From positions 352,001 to 416,000 of the forward strand of contig JBGPIA010000001.1 in NCBI GenBank assembly GCA_041484665.1: DNA of 64,000 nucleotides, written 5' to 3'. Within the stretch, counting starts at the first letter, position 1; each line of letters opens with the position of its first letter. Below the pieces are notes generated by a model. That model was not told the origin of the DNA, ran no database searches, and worked only from the letters and a program-made list of their open reading frames with translations. The stretch comes from Candidatus Krumholzibacteriia bacterium. GTDB taxonomy: Bacteria > Krumholzibacteriota > Krumholzibacteriia > JAJRXK01. This document shows positions 18,400-29,161 of this stretch, piece by piece. The translations under genes and the position numbers were made by a program.

Positions 18400-19392
18400 A
18401 TGGAGCCCAGCCGCCCCCGCATCCTCTCGGGCGTTCAGCCCTCGGGCAAGCTGCATCTGGGGAATTACTTCGGAGCGATCCGCCAGCACGTCGAGCTGCA
18501 GGATCTGCCCGGCGCGCAGTGCTACTACTTCATCGCCGACCTCCACGCGCTCACCACCGTCCAGGACGCGGCACTCCTGGCGGAAAATATCCGCGACGTG
18601 GCCATCGCCTATCTGGCGCTGGGGCTGGATGCCAAGCGCACGGTGTTCTATCGGCAGAGCGACGTTCCTGAGGTCACCGAGCTGGCATGGCTGCTGGCCA
18701 GCGTCTGCGGAATGGGGCTGCTGGAGCGTGCCCACTCCTACAAGGACAAGATCGCCAAGGGCATCACCCCGTCGGTGGGCCTTTTCTACTACCCCGTGCT
18801 GATGGCCGCCGACATCCTGATCGTGAAGGCCGACCTGGTGCCGGTTGGCCAGGACCAGATCCAGCACGTGGAGATGACCCAGGATATGGCCGGCTCGTTC
18901 AACGCCGCGTTTGGCCTTGAGGTGCTCAAGCGCCCCGCGGTGCAATTGTCCAAGACGCCGAAGGTGCCTGGCACCGATGGCGCCAAGATGTCCAAGAGCT
19001 ACGGCAACACCATCGAGATCTTCCAGGAGGGCGGCCCGCTCAAGAAGGCCGTGATGGGAATCGTCACGACCTCCACGCCCCTGGGCCAGCCTCTGTCCAC
19101 CGAGAACGATACAGTCCTGGAGCTGTACAGTCTCCTGGCCACCGCGCAGGAGCGGGCCGAGCTGACCGAGGCCTATCGCACCGGCGGGATCGGTTACGGC
19201 GAGGCGAAGAAGCGCCTGCTGGCCCGCCTGGACGCCGCCTTCGCCCCGGCGCGGGAGCGACGGCGGGAGCTGCTGGCCGATCCGTCCCTGGTGGAGGACG
19301 TGCTGCGCGATGGCGCGCAGCGCGCCCGGGAAGTCGCCCGCGCCACCCTCGACGAGTGCCGCAGCGCCTGTGGGCTCTCCCGCTCGCGCTGA
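18400..19392 (+). CDS. trpS: Tryptophan--tRNA ligase
   Basis: SGVQPSGKLHLGNY (HIGH-like), YPVLMAADIL, VPVGQDQ, KMSKS. Confidence 0.97.
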   Translation: MEPSRPRILSGVQPSGKLHLGNYFGAIRQHVELQDLPGAQCYYFIADLHALTTVQDAALLAENIRDVAIAYLALGLDAKRTVFYRQSDVPEVTELAWLLASVCGMGLLERAHSYKDKIAKGITPSVGLFYYPVLMAADILIVKADLVPVGQDQIQHVEMTQDMAGSFNAAFGLEVLKRPAVQLSKTPKVPGTDGAKMSKSYGNTIEIFQEGGPLKKAVMGIVTTSTPLGQPLSTENDTVLELYSLLATAQERAELTEAYRTGGIGYGEAKKRLLARLDAAFAPARERRRELLADPSLVEDVLRDGAQRAREVARATLDECRSACGLSRSR

Positions 19393-19646
19393 GCGCGGGC
19401 CTGTGCCGGGCGGCGCCCTTGGCCTGTGCGCCCGCCGCTGCGCGCACGCCCAGCCGGCAGCCTCCCATTGCGCCGGCCCGCTGGGTGCGGCACCTTTTGC
19501 GCACGGCATGTTATAAGGAGAGAGCGCGCAGGCGCCTGCAGCCTGGCCGCCCCCCCCGGCGCAGCCGCCCGCTCGCGCGATCGCTGGGAGTGAGGCTCCG
19601 TCCGGCGCTCGACTGGGGAAATCCTCCACAAGGAGGGCACGAGGCA

Positions 19647-21521
19647 GTGGAGACGGGTTCCGATCTCCGGCAGGCGAGGGCACTGCGGGCAGCCAGCGCG
19701 ACTGCGCTGTCACTCGCGGTCGTGCTGCTGCTCGCCACAGCGGCGGTCACCGCAGAGACGCTCGCCGCAGGGACGATCGCCGCAGAGACGCTCGCCGCAG
19801 GGACGATCGCCGCAGAGACGCTCGCCGCGGGGGCGATCGCCGCAGAGACGCTCGCCGCGGAGCCGGTTCCGGCGCAGGCGCAACCCCCCGATGCAGCGAA
19901 GCCGCCGGCTCCTCCTCCCACCGCTGGCTCCCCTGCGACCACCGGCGCTCTGCCCGCGGAGCGTGCTCCCGTCGCGACCCAGGCCGAGGAGCCAGCAGAC
20001 GCGGCCTTCCAGATCGAGCAGCTCAAGGCGTCTCTGACGCAGAATCCGTACGACTTCGCGACCTATACGCGGCTGGGGGTGCTGTACATCGGTCAGAACA
20101 TGCTCGGGGAGGCGCGCGACGCGTTCATCTCCGCGATCCAGGCCGCCCCCACGCAGCCCATCGCCCACCTGAACCTCGGCATCTGCCTGCTGCGAATGGA
20201 GCGCTACACGGAGGCGCTGGCCCCGCTCAGCAGCTACCTGGGCTTCAAGCCCGACGATGGGCAGGCCTACTGGAATCTCGGCACGGCCCAGCGGAAGGCT
20301 GGCGACATGGAGGCCGCGCGGAAGACGTGGGACGAGGGGCGGCGGCGACCGGCCGTAGCGGTGGCCGACCGCGTCGATCTCACCCAGTTGCTGGCGCAGA
20401 GCTGGCTCGACGAGCACGATCTACAGCGGGCCGTTGCGGTGCTCGAGGAGGATTCGCAGCTGCTGAAGACCGACGAGGGCAAACCACTCCAGGAGCTGCG
20501 CTGTAACACCTGGCTGGCCTTGGCCAAGCAGGCCAAGGAGGCGGGCAACGACGACGAGGCGCTGGCGGGCTTCGCCGGAGCGCGCACCGCCGGGGTCACG
20601 GCCGCCGCGGTCTACCTGACGCCGGTGGGGATCCTCATGGGCAAGGAGCGCTACGACGAGGCCGCCGCGCTGCTGGAGGAGGCCGATCCCCACCTGAGCG
20701 ACGACCCCGACGTGCCCTATCTCAAGGGACTGATCGCCGACCGCCGCGGCGACGCACAGGCGGCAGCCACGGCCTATCGCGAGGCCGTGCGCCGCAGCCC
20801 CGACTATGCCGGCGTGCAGGCCGCCCTCGGAATGGACCTCGCCAAGCTGGGGGACAACGACGGAGCCAAGCAGGCGCTGGCCAAGGCCGTCGCGCGCGGA
20901 GAGGGCGGGGCGCCCGTCGCGTACAACCTCGGGGTGATCCTGGGCAAGACGGGGAACTACGCGGCGGCCATTCCCGAACTCCAGAAAGCCATCGAGCTGG
21001 ATCCCACCCTGAAAGACGCCCAGCGCGCGTTGGGGGCGGCCTACGTCAAGACCGAGCAGTTCGTCAAGGCGCAGCAGCAGTACCAGAAGCTCGTGGAACA
21101 GTTCAGCAACGATCCGCGCGACGTCTACCAGCTCGCCTTCACCCAGACCAAGCTCGGAAACCACCTGGACGCGGTCGAGAACTACCGCCAGGTGGCGCAG
21201 GCAGAGCCCAAGAACTACGGCGCGCACTACAGCCTGGGCGTCTCGCTCATGACGCTGGAGCGCTGGGACGAAGCGGTCAAGGCGTTCAGCTCCGCTGCCG
21301 CCGTCGACCCCAAGAGCGAGCTTTCGTACTTCAACCTGGGCGTCTGCAACCAAAAGCTGAAGCGCTGGAAGGACGCCATCTCCGCCTACCAGAAGGCCAT
21401 CGAGCTGCACCCCTCCGCGCGCAGCTACTCGAACATGGCAGTCTGCTACCGGGAGCTGGGCGACATCGCAGAGAGCGATCGGTGCTTCAAGCTGGCCAAC
21501 GAGCTGAAGAAGAAGGGCTAG
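19647..21521 (+). CDS. Secreted tetratricopeptide repeat protein
   Basis: AGGAGG RBS and GTG; signal-like segment; more than ten TPR motifs (AHLNLG, AYNLG, YFNLG...). Confidence 0.88.
   Translation: METGSDLRQARALRAASATALSLAVVLLLATAAVTAETLAAGTIAAETLAAGTIAAETLAAGAIAAETLAAEPVPAQAQPPDAAKPPAPPPTAGSPATTGALPAERAPVATQAEEPADAAFQIEQLKASLTQNPYDFATYTRLGVLYIGQNMLGEARDAFISAIQAAPTQPIAHLNLGICLLRMERYTEALAPLSSYLGFKPDDGQAYWNLGTAQRKAGDMEAARKTWDEGRRRPAVAVADRVDLTQLLAQSWLDEHDLQRAVAVLEEDSQLLKTDEGKPLQELRCNTWLALAKQAKEAGNDDEALAGFAGARTAGVTAAAVYLTPVGILMGKERYDEAAALLEEADPHLSDDPDVPYLKGLIADRRGDAQAAATAYREAVRRSPDYAGVQAALGMDLAKLGDNDGAKQALAKAVARGEGGAPVAYNLGVILGKTGNYAAAIPELQKAIELDPTLKDAQRALGAAYVKTEQFVKAQQQYQKLVEQFSNDPRDVYQLAFTQTKLGNHLDAVENYRQVAQAEPKNYGAHYSLGVSLMTLERWDEAVKAFSSAAAVDPKSELSYFNLGVCNQKLKRWKDAISAYQKAIELHPSARSYSNMAVCYRELGDIAESDRCFKLANELKKKG
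19751..19860 (+). repeat. In-frame 30-bp tandem repeat, about 3.7 copies (AETLAAGTIA)
   Basis: Unit CGCAGAGACGCTCGCCGCAGGGACGATCGC starts at 19751, 19781, 19811 and 19841 (partial). Confidence 0.95.
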
Positions 21522-21686
21522 GGGCAGTCGGCCAGGCCTTGGCTGCCGCCGCCGGGGTTGCATCGCCGCCGACGGCGCTTCGGCGGATTCGCCCCGACAC
21601 CGCGCCGGGCGCCCCCCGGCCGTGCGGCAGGCCTCGCTCGCCCTGCGCGCCGCCGTTGGCTATGCTGGGCCCTGCCGAGGGCCCCC

Positions 21687-24600
21687 ATGCCGCCTGTTCA
21701 GTCGACCCCGCCGCAACCATCGCGCTTCCGAGCGGCCGCCGGCCCCCGGGCGGTCGAGCGTTTGCTGCTGGCGGAGATCGACCGGCTGCTGCCGCGCGCG
21801 GGACTCGACCCCGGGCTACTCGCCCTGCCGGTGCTCGTGGTTGTCCCGTCGGCGAGCCTGCGCCTGCACCTGTGCGCGCGCATCGTGAACCACCGCGGAT
21901 GCGCGCTGGCAGGGCTGGCGGTCCGTACCCATCGCACACTCGCGGCGCAGATCGTCGAACGGTCCGGCGAGCCCGTGCCCGCAGGCGAGCTGCTGTTCGA
22001 CGTGCTGGTGCGCCGGGCGGCGCAGCGCGAGCCGGCGCTGGTGCAGGCGCTGGACCGGTTCGGCGACGGCTACTCCGCTGCCGCACTGAGCGTGCGTGAC
22101 CTGCTGGACGCGGGTCTCACCAGCGACCACGCCGAGGCGCTGCTGGAGCTGCTCGCCCAGGCTGGGCCGGAAGCGCAGGCTGGCGGCGGGGCATTTCTGG
22201 CCGAGCGCGAACGCGTGCGCGCGCTGGTGCGGGTGGCGGCACGGGTGCACGACGAGATGGAGCGCCAGGGACTCGGGCGCGTCTCGACCGTGCTCACCCG
22301 CGCGCGCGAGCTCGTCCTGCTCGACGGCGGCGCCGTGCTCCCCGCCCGGGCGGTGCTCGTGCACGGATTCGCCGACGCCGTGGGTCTGGCCGCCGACTTC
22401 CTCCAGGCTCTGCTGCAGAGGCCGGGAGCGCGGCTGTTCGTCGACACTCCCCCCGACCCCACCGACCGCACGCGCCCCGATGATGGCGCCGCCCTGTCGA
22501 AACGTTTCCTCGAGCACGTCACGCAAGGCGCGCCGATCCTCGCGCCCGCCGGGGAAGTGCCGCCCGCTCCCACCGTGAGCTTCTGCGAAGCGCCCGGCGT
22601 GCACGCGGAGGTGCGCGAGGCAGCGCGCCGCATTCGCGCGCTGCTCCACCTGGGCGTGCCAGCGGAGTCGATCGGCGTGGCAGCGCGCACGCTGGACGCC
22701 TACCGGTTGCCCGCGCGCCTGCATTTTGGCCGCCTGGCCGTCCCGTTCTCGGGCGTCGGCGCCGCCGGACCGGCGACGGCGCTGCACCGGGCTGTTGGCG
22801 CTCTCCTTGCACTGCTGCGGACGAAGGAGCGGACGCCGGCAGATCGCTGGCTGGATTGCCTGCAGCTGTGGGACGCGCCGGCGCCGGCGCAGCAGCGATG
22901 GTCGCGCGGGTCGCTGCCGCGGCCCCTCACACCGGAGTTCGAGCTGCGCCTCGCGCTGCGGACGGCCGGCGCCGCCCGCGTCTCGGACGTGGCTGCGCTA
23001 CGCCCGGCGCTCTTGCTGAACGCGCGCGATGAGCTCCCGCTGGCGGTGCGCCGCGGGCTGGAGGACGATTTCGACCCGGATACCCGGGACGCGGACGGGC
23101 TTGCGGGCGGCCCGGCGGCCGGGCCAGACGCGGCACCCATCGGCCGGACGCGGGCTCCGCGCCGCGCCGTCGCGGGCACGATGCTGCGTGCGACAGTGGC
23201 CGCGGCGCAACGGCTCTGCGCGCGGCTGCGGGAATGGCCGCGCAGCGCTCCCTGTGCGCAGCATCTGGCGCTACTGCGCACGACGCTCACAGACGAGTTG
23301 TGCTGGGGCTCGCCGTCTCCCGCCGCAGACATGTGGGAGCAGCTCGTGGACGGCCTGGCCGGCGCGCTGCCGCCCGACTTCGCGCTGAGCGACGAGGAGC
23401 TCGTCCTGATTCTGGGGCGTGCGCTCGCCGACGCGGGACGCGGCCCGGTGGGTGGCGCGGGTGGCGGCGTGCGCCTGCTGAGTGTAACCGAGAGTCGCGG
23501 CTGCACCTTTACCCACCTGTTCGTGCTGGGTCTCAATCGCGACGCGTTCCCCGGCAGGATCCGCCGCGATCCGCTCCTGCCCGATCCACTGAGAGCAGCG
23601 ATGCGCGCGCTGCTCCCGGACCTGCCGCTGAAGGAGAGCGGATTCCACGAGGAGCGCTACCTCTTCGCGCAGCTGCTGGAGGCGGCCGATCACGTCACAC
23701 TGTCGTGGTTGACCGGCGACGACGACGGCACCCCGCGCACCCGCTCGCCCCTGGTTCAGCGGCTGGTCCGGGCGCTGCCGGAGGCGGCCGTGGAGCGCGC
23801 CCCGGCCCTGGTCACGCCCCAAGCGCAGGGCCCAGTCACCGCCTTCGAGGGCGCCGTGCAGGCGGGCCTGGCCGGACGCGCGCAGCGCGAGCCGCAGTGG
23901 CAAGCTACCCTGCAGGCCGCGATCGAGGAGGGTTGGCGCGAGCTTGCCGGCCACGCCCCCGGCCTGGACGCGCGCGTGCTGGCACGCGCCCGCATCGCAA
24001 TCGCGCGCGAGTTCGACCGTTCGCCGTGGACGAGCGCCGCGGGCCAGCTCGATCTGGGCCCCTACTTCGGGTTCCTGGGAGCCATCCGCGCTGCAGGCGA
24101 TCCGCGCGCCAACGACCTGTACGTGTCGACCCTGGAACGGATGGCGGAGTGCCCCTGGCGCGCGTTCCTCACCCGTCTGCTGCACCTGCAGCCGCTGCAG
24201 GATCCGACCGCGGAGCTTCCCGTGCCGACCCCGCTGGTCGTCGGCGAAGCGGTCCACGCCGTGCTGCAGCGCGTGGTGCGCGATGCCCTGCCCGATCCGC
24301 AGCGCGCGCTGGCCACCATCGAAGCCGCGCTCGCGCAGGGGCCGGTCGCCGTCCCCTGGCCGGACACGGCCACGCTCGAGCGCGCGCTGCACGAGGAATG
24401 CGCGCGGGTCGCCCGGGAGCACGGGCTCAACCTCCCCGTTGTCGCTGCGATGTTGCGCGAGCGCGTTCGGCCCCACCTCGAGGCGGCGCGGACAGCTGAC
24501 TGGTCCGATGAGCCTCCGCTGGTGCTGGGCGCGGAGCTGCAGGGCGTCGCGGCGAGCGGCGGCGCGGATGAAAGCGGCGCGCCCACGCGTGGCGCGGCCG

Positions 24601-25340
24601 CAGGCGCTACGCATGCGAGCAGCGCAGCCGGCGTCCGTGGGCCGGCGCTGCGCTTCCGCGCCGACCGTGTCGACCTGGTCGGCCAGCGCCTGCGCCTGAC
24701 CGATTACAAGACCGGCGCTCCGTTGAGCACCGATGCGAAGGAGGATACGCGCCACCGCAAGCTCGTGGCCAAGATCGCCGCAGGCACCACGCTCCAGGCC
24801 GCGCTCTACGCCCGCGCGACGGGGCCGGTAGGCGCGGCGCCGACCTTGGGCCGCTACCTTTACATCAAGCCCGATCCGCCGGGAGGGGAGTTCCCCGAAC
24901 GCGCCTTCGAGGTCGCAGCGGACGACGCACAGGCGCGTGACGCGCTATCGGCCGCGGTGCGGGCCCTGCTCGCCGTGTGGCGCGAAGGCGCGTTCTTTCC
25001 CCGCCTGCTCGACCGCGACGGAACCAAGGAGCCCGAGCTTTGCGAGCGTTGCGAGGTGAAACAAGCCTGCGTGCGCGGTGACTCCGGGCTGCGGGACCGC
25101 CTGCAACTGTGGACGCGGGACGCGCTCGAGGCCGGCGCGCGCTTCACTGCCGCCGCGTCACGGCCCGAGCGCGCGCTCATGGAGCTGTGGGCGCTGGGGG
25201 CCCCCAGCGTGGGTGAGCGGTCGGACGAGCCGGGCACGGCCGCAGTGCCCAGCGAGCCCAGCGAGCCCAGCGATTCCGGGGAGCCGGCCGCGCCGGACGA
25301 GTCGCCGGACATGCAGAACCCACCGGGGCCGCGATCATGA
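21687..25340 (+). CDS. addB: AddB-like inactive helicase / PD-(D/E)XK nuclease subunit
   Basis: Degenerate UvrD-like core (LFVLGLN..FP, EERYLF); C-terminal nuclease AECP...ADRVD...DYKTG...LQAALY with Fe-S cysteines CERCEVKQAC; overlaps the addA start. Confidence 0.8.
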   Translation: MPPVQSTPPQPSRFRAAAGPRAVERLLLAEIDRLLPRAGLDPGLLALPVLVVVPSASLRLHLCARIVNHRGCALAGLAVRTHRTLAAQIVERSGEPVPAGELLFDVLVRRAAQREPALVQALDRFGDGYSAAALSVRDLLDAGLTSDHAEALLELLAQAGPEAQAGGGAFLAERERVRALVRVAARVHDEMERQGLGRVSTVLTRARELVLLDGGAVLPARAVLVHGFADAVGLAADFLQALLQRPGARLFVDTPPDPTDRTRPDDGAALSKRFLEHVTQGAPILAPAGEVPPAPTVSFCEAPGVHAEVREAARRIRALLHLGVPAESIGVAARTLDAYRLPARLHFGRLAVPFSGVGAAGPATALHRAVGALLALLRTKERTPADRWLDCLQLWDAPAPAQQRWSRGSLPRPLTPEFELRLALRTAGAARVSDVAALRPALLLNARDELPLAVRRGLEDDFDPDTRDADGLAGGPAAGPDAAPIGRTRAPRRAVAGTMLRATVAAAQRLCARLREWPRSAPCAQHLALLRTTLTDELCWGSPSPAADMWEQLVDGLAGALPPDFALSDEELVLILGRALADAGRGPVGGAGGGVRLLSVTESRGCTFTHLFVLGLNRDAFPGRIRRDPLLPDPLRAAMRALLPDLPLKESGFHEERYLFAQLLEAADHVTLSWLTGDDDGTPRTRSPLVQRLVRALPEAAVERAPALVTPQAQGPVTAFEGAVQAGLAGRAQREPQWQATLQAAIEEGWRELAGHAPGLDARVLARARIAIAREFDRSPWTSAAGQLDLGPYFGFLGAIRAAGDPRANDLYVSTLERMAECPWRAFLTRLLHLQPLQDPTAELPVPTPLVVGEAVHAVLQRVVRDALPDPQRALATIEAALAQGPVAVPWPDTATLERALHEECARVAREHGLNLPVVAAMLRERVRPHLEAARTADWSDEPPLVLGAELQGVAASGGADESGAPTRGAAAGATHASSAAGVRGPALRFRADRVDLVGQRLRLTDYKTGAPLSTDAKEDTRHRKLVAKIAAGTTLQAALYARATGPVGAAPTLGRYLYIKPDPPGGEFPERAFEVAADDAQARDALSAAVRALLAVWREGAFFPRLLDRDGTKEPELCERCEVKQACVRGDSGLRDRLQLWTRDALEAGARFTAAASRPERALMELWALGAPSVGERSDEPGTAAVPSEPSEPSDSGEPAAPDESPDMQNPPGPRS

Positions 25341-28300
25341 ACGACGCGGCTTCCGCCATCGGGCTGGGCGCGCGAGATAAGCAGGCGCGCTGGCTCGCGC
25401 AGACGGAGTTCCGCCGGCCGCTCATGCTGGAGGCAGGTGCGGGGACGGGCAAGACCACCACGCTGGTCAGCCGCGCTCTGGCCTGGCTGCTCGGTCCCGG
25501 GTGGGACGAGGCTGCGCAAGCGGAGCAGGCCGCGGCGCAGCAGCACGACGCGGCTCCAGCGCGCGAGATCCAGATCGCGGCCTTCGCCTTGGACCGTCTG
25601 GTAGCCATCACGTTCACCGAGGCCGCGGCGGCCGAGATGGAGAATCGCATCGGCGAGGCGCTCGCAACACTCGTGGGCGGCGCGGCGCCCATGGGGATGG
25701 AGTTCTGGTGGGAGCGAGCCGACGCGCCTGAGCGGGAGCGCCGTGCCCACCGCTCGCACGTCTTGCTGGACGCCTTCGACCACCTGCGCGTGAGCACGAT
25801 CCACTCCTTCTGCAGCCAGCTCCTCGCCCGCCACCCCTTCGAGGCCGGCCTCGCCCCGCGGTTTGCCATCGACGACGAGCAACGCCTGCTCCCCGAGGCG
25901 GCCCGCGAGGTGGTCGAGCAGTGGCTGCGCGCCGCCCAGGGAACGGCGCTGGACGCGCCAGCAGCGCATCTTGCGGCCAGGGGGATCGGCCTCGACAAAT
26001 TGCTGGAGGCGTTGATCACCCTCGCCCAGGAAGGCGCGCCGCCCAGCGCCCTGGCGGAGGACCCGCTCTCGCCCGCGCGGCTCGACGCGCTGCTGGACCG
26101 GTTGCTGGCCGCGACGCACGCGCTCCTCGCAGTCGTCGGTGAGCGGCTGGCGGGCGCGCCGCGGCGCGGCTACGCCCACCTGCTGCCGGGAGCCTTGGCA
26201 GGCCTGCGCACGGCGCTGGCGGCGCCGGCCTCCCGCCCGCGCGACATCAATGCGTTGCGCGGGCTCATCGACGAGCAGCTCTCCCCCGCAGGCAGGAAGC
26301 TCGCCGGCACGATCGGCAACTGGTGCCGTGGCAAACTGAGCAGCGCGGGCGAGCGGGAGCTGCTGGGCGGCGTGCAGCCGCTGCTGGCGCGGCGAGCGGC
26401 CGCGTTGGACCAGCTGCTTACGCACGTTGCACGGCTCGATCCCCAGTTGCTCGACAGCGCGCGCCGGCTGTTGCATCCCTGGCTTTGCGCGACCTACGAG
26501 CGGCTGCGAGCCTCCGGGGTCCAGACCTATCAGGCCCTGCTGGACGACACGTGCGCCCTGCTGCGGGACCATCCGGCGGTGCGCGCGCAGATCCGGGCCC
26601 GGATCCGCCAGCTGCTGGTGGACGAGTTCCAGGACACCGACGTGGTCCAGTGCGAGATCGTACGCTGGATCGCTCTCGACGGACCCGAGGCGGAGCGTCC
26701 GGGACTGTTCCTGGTGGGCGACCCCAAGCAGTCGATCTACGGTTGGCGGCGGGCCGACCTGCGCGCCTACGACGACTTCTGCGCGCGCGTGCTGGGCGAG
26801 CGCGCGCAACCGGAGCGGCTCGCTGTGAACTTCCGTAGCGCGCCGGCCATCCTCGCGGAAGTGGACCGGGTGATCCGCGGCGGCGAGCTCATGCGCGAAG
26901 AGCGTGGCGTGCAGCCCCGGTACGTCGAGGTGCTCGCGTCCACCCGCAACCAGGAGCAGCGTCCAGGCACGCGCCTGGCTGTCGGCGATCCGTCTACACC
27001 AAGCCACCGCATCGAGTACTGGGTCTCGTGGAAGCCGAACGCCGCGGGCGTCCCCGATCCCAAGAGCACCCGTGCGGCCGACGCGGCGCGCATCGAAGCG
27101 GAAGCCATCGCGGCCGACATCCTGACACTGCAGGAGCGCCTGCGTGGCGCGGCGCTGGGCGCCGTAGCTCGCAAGGCCACCGCAGAGAAACCGTGGGGGC
27201 TCGACCAGGTCGCAATCCTGCTACGATCCACATCGGACCTGGACGCCTACCTGTCCGCGCTGCGGAAAGCCGGCATCCCGTTCGCTGTGGAGCGCGACCG
27301 CAGCTACTACCGGCGCCGCGAGATCATCGATGCCGCCGCCCTGCTGCGCGCGGTGCTCGACCCAGCCGACCAGCTCGCGCTGGTCACCTTGCTGCGCTCG
27401 CCCATGGTGGGCGTCCCCGACGCCGCGTTGTTGCCGCTGTGGGCCGGCCGCCTGCCGGAACGGTTGATGGAGCTGCGGCCCGACGACGCCGTGGCGCTGC
27501 GCGAGATCGACGATCTCCTGCAGGGCGTGGCCCGCGGCCTGCCACCGGACAGCCCGGGGCTGCGGCGCATCCAAGGCTGGGAGACCAGCGCGCTGGCGGC
27601 GCTGCATCACCTGGCGCTGCTGCGCAGATCGTTTCGCGCGGACGATCCCGACGTCTTCCTCGAGCGCGTGCGGCAGACCTTCCTGCAGGAAGCCACCGAG
27701 GCGACGCGCTACCTGGCCCCCTACCGCATCGCCAACCTCGACCGCTTCTTCCGCGTGCTCGCCGGCGCCGTGGACGAGGCCGGCTCCGACGTGCAGGCGC
27801 TGCTGCGCGCTTTGCGCCAAAGCGTCGCGCAGGAGCGCGACGCGGAGGAGGGGCGGCCGCCGGCGGCACTGGCCGACGCCGTGCGGATCATGACGATCCA
27901 CAAGGCGAAGGGGCTGGAGTTCGAACACGTCTATCTCGCGCAGCTGCACAAGCAGCATGGGCGTGGCGAGCACGCTCCCGCCAGCGCCGCCGTCATCGCC
28001 GGCCGCTGGGAGTACTCGTTGCTGGGCGCACCCACGCTGGGATACGACCAGGTGCAGGCGCGCGCACGTGACGTGGAGGGCGCCGAGCGCGTCCGCACTC
28101 TCTACGTGGCCATGACCCGCGCCAAGGAGCGCCTGGTGCTGCTGGGCAACTGGCCGCTCCCCGCGCAGCCGGTGGATGCGGGCCAGGCCCAGACCCTCCT
28201 CGAGCTGCTGCACTCGCGCCCCGGGCTACCGCCGCTGGCCGCGCTGGCAGCTGCGTGCGCGCAGGGGGCGCCCGTGCAGATCCACGCCGACGCGGCGGAC

Positions 28301-29161
28301 GCCGGCTGGCGCTTCGCGCACACGTTGCAACTCCCCATCCCCCGCACAGACGCGGCCCAGGAGCCCGCCGGGCTGCCCACGGCCGAGCAGCTCGACTTAT
28401 CCTCGCGGGATCTTCACGCGGCGCGCGCCGCCGCCCGCGTGCGCATGGCCCGCCCGTTCCACGGCGCCGCGTCGCAGCAGGCGCACGAGGCGCTGCGCGA
28501 GCTGCGCTACGAGGATGGGCCGCCGGGAATGACCCTGGACGAGGACTCGGCGGGCACCGCGAGGACGGTCGCCAGCCAGGCGCACCTCGCAGGGGCGCGC
28601 GCGGAGGCCGAGCAGCGCATCGCGATGGCGGTCGGCAGTGCGCTCCACCGCGTGCTGGAGGAGCTCGACCTGCAGCAGGCTGCGCAGACCGGAGCGGACC
28701 AGGTGCAAACCCGTGTCGAAGTGGTGCTGGCGGCCCTGTTGGATGAGCCATTGCGCGCGCAGGCGCGCGCTCGAGCTGCCCAGCTGCTCGCGCGCGTCAC
28801 CGCCGGTGGGCTGCTGCAGCACCTGTTCGCGTTGCGCGATCAGGTCGTGGCGCGCGAGCTGCCGGTGCTGCTCTCGCCGCGGCGCGATGACGGGCCGGTG
28901 GGCTTCCTGAGCGGGACCATCGACCTGCTGTATATCGATCCGCAGAGCGGCGAGCTGGTCGTGGCCGACTACAAGACCGACGCCGTCGCGGACGATGCGG
29001 ACCTGCACGAGCGCGCCCGCGCCTACTGCCTGCAAGGTGCCGTCTACGCCCAAGCCGTGCAGGAAGCGCTCGGTCTGCCGGCTGCGCCGCGCCTGGAGCT
29101 GTGGTTCCTCGCCGCCGATCGGATCTGGCGCGAGGACGCGGCAGCGGGCCCGCTCGCGTGA
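25337..29161 (+). CDS. addA: AddA-like UvrD helicase with RecB-type nuclease
   Basis: AGAGTGKT, AITFTEAAA, VDEFQDT, VGDPKQSIY, NFRS, MTIHKAKGLEF, YVAMTRA; C-terminal GTIDLL..DYKT. Confidence 0.9.
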   Translation: MNDAASAIGLGARDKQARWLAQTEFRRPLMLEAGAGTGKTTTLVSRALAWLLGPGWDEAAQAEQAAAQQHDAAPAREIQIAAFALDRLVAITFTEAAAAEMENRIGEALATLVGGAAPMGMEFWWERADAPERERRAHRSHVLLDAFDHLRVSTIHSFCSQLLARHPFEAGLAPRFAIDDEQRLLPEAAREVVEQWLRAAQGTALDAPAAHLAARGIGLDKLLEALITLAQEGAPPSALAEDPLSPARLDALLDRLLAATHALLAVVGERLAGAPRRGYAHLLPGALAGLRTALAAPASRPRDINALRGLIDEQLSPAGRKLAGTIGNWCRGKLSSAGERELLGGVQPLLARRAAALDQLLTHVARLDPQLLDSARRLLHPWLCATYERLRASGVQTYQALLDDTCALLRDHPAVRAQIRARIRQLLVDEFQDTDVVQCEIVRWIALDGPEAERPGLFLVGDPKQSIYGWRRADLRAYDDFCARVLGERAQPERLAVNFRSAPAILAEVDRVIRGGELMREERGVQPRYVEVLASTRNQEQRPGTRLAVGDPSTPSHRIEYWVSWKPNAAGVPDPKSTRAADAARIEAEAIAADILTLQERLRGAALGAVARKATAEKPWGLDQVAILLRSTSDLDAYLSALRKAGIPFAVERDRSYYRRREIIDAAALLRAVLDPADQLALVTLLRSPMVGVPDAALLPLWAGRLPERLMELRPDDAVALREIDDLLQGVARGLPPDSPGLRRIQGWETSALAALHHLALLRRSFRADDPDVFLERVRQTFLQEATEATRYLAPYRIANLDRFFRVLAGAVDEAGSDVQALLRALRQSVAQERDAEEGRPPAALADAVRIMTIHKAKGLEFEHVYLAQLHKQHGRGEHAPASAAVIAGRWEYSLLGAPTLGYDQVQARARDVEGAERVRTLYVAMTRAKERLVLLGNWPLPAQPVDAGQAQTLLELLHSRPGLPPLAALAAACAQGAPVQIHADAADAGWRFAHTLQLPIPRTDAAQEPAGLPTAEQLDLSSRDLHAARAAARVRMARPFHGAASQQAHEALRELRYEDGPPGMTLDEDSAGTARTVASQAHLAGARAEAEQRIAMAVGSALHRVLEELDLQQAAQTGADQVQTRVEVVLAALLDEPLRAQARARAAQLLARVTAGGLLQHLFALRDQVVARELPVLLSPRRDDGPVGFLSGTIDLLYIDPQSGELVVADYKTDAVADDADLHERARAYCLQGAVYAQAVQEALGLPAAPRLELWFLAADRIWREDAAAGPLA

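Noticed and set aside
19751..19860. 30-bp repeats as a CRISPR array
   Set aside because: Head-to-tail with no spacers, in frame within a CDS, and no cas genes in the window.
25248..25273. 9-bp triplet repeat (PSEPSEPSD) at the addB 3' end
   Set aside because: A short low-complexity tail with no evident functional significance.
21687..29161. Helicase plus nuclease pair as a possible anti-phage defence system
   Set aside because: Order, size, motifs and the Fe-S nuclease match housekeeping AddAB; the neighbours are core genes.
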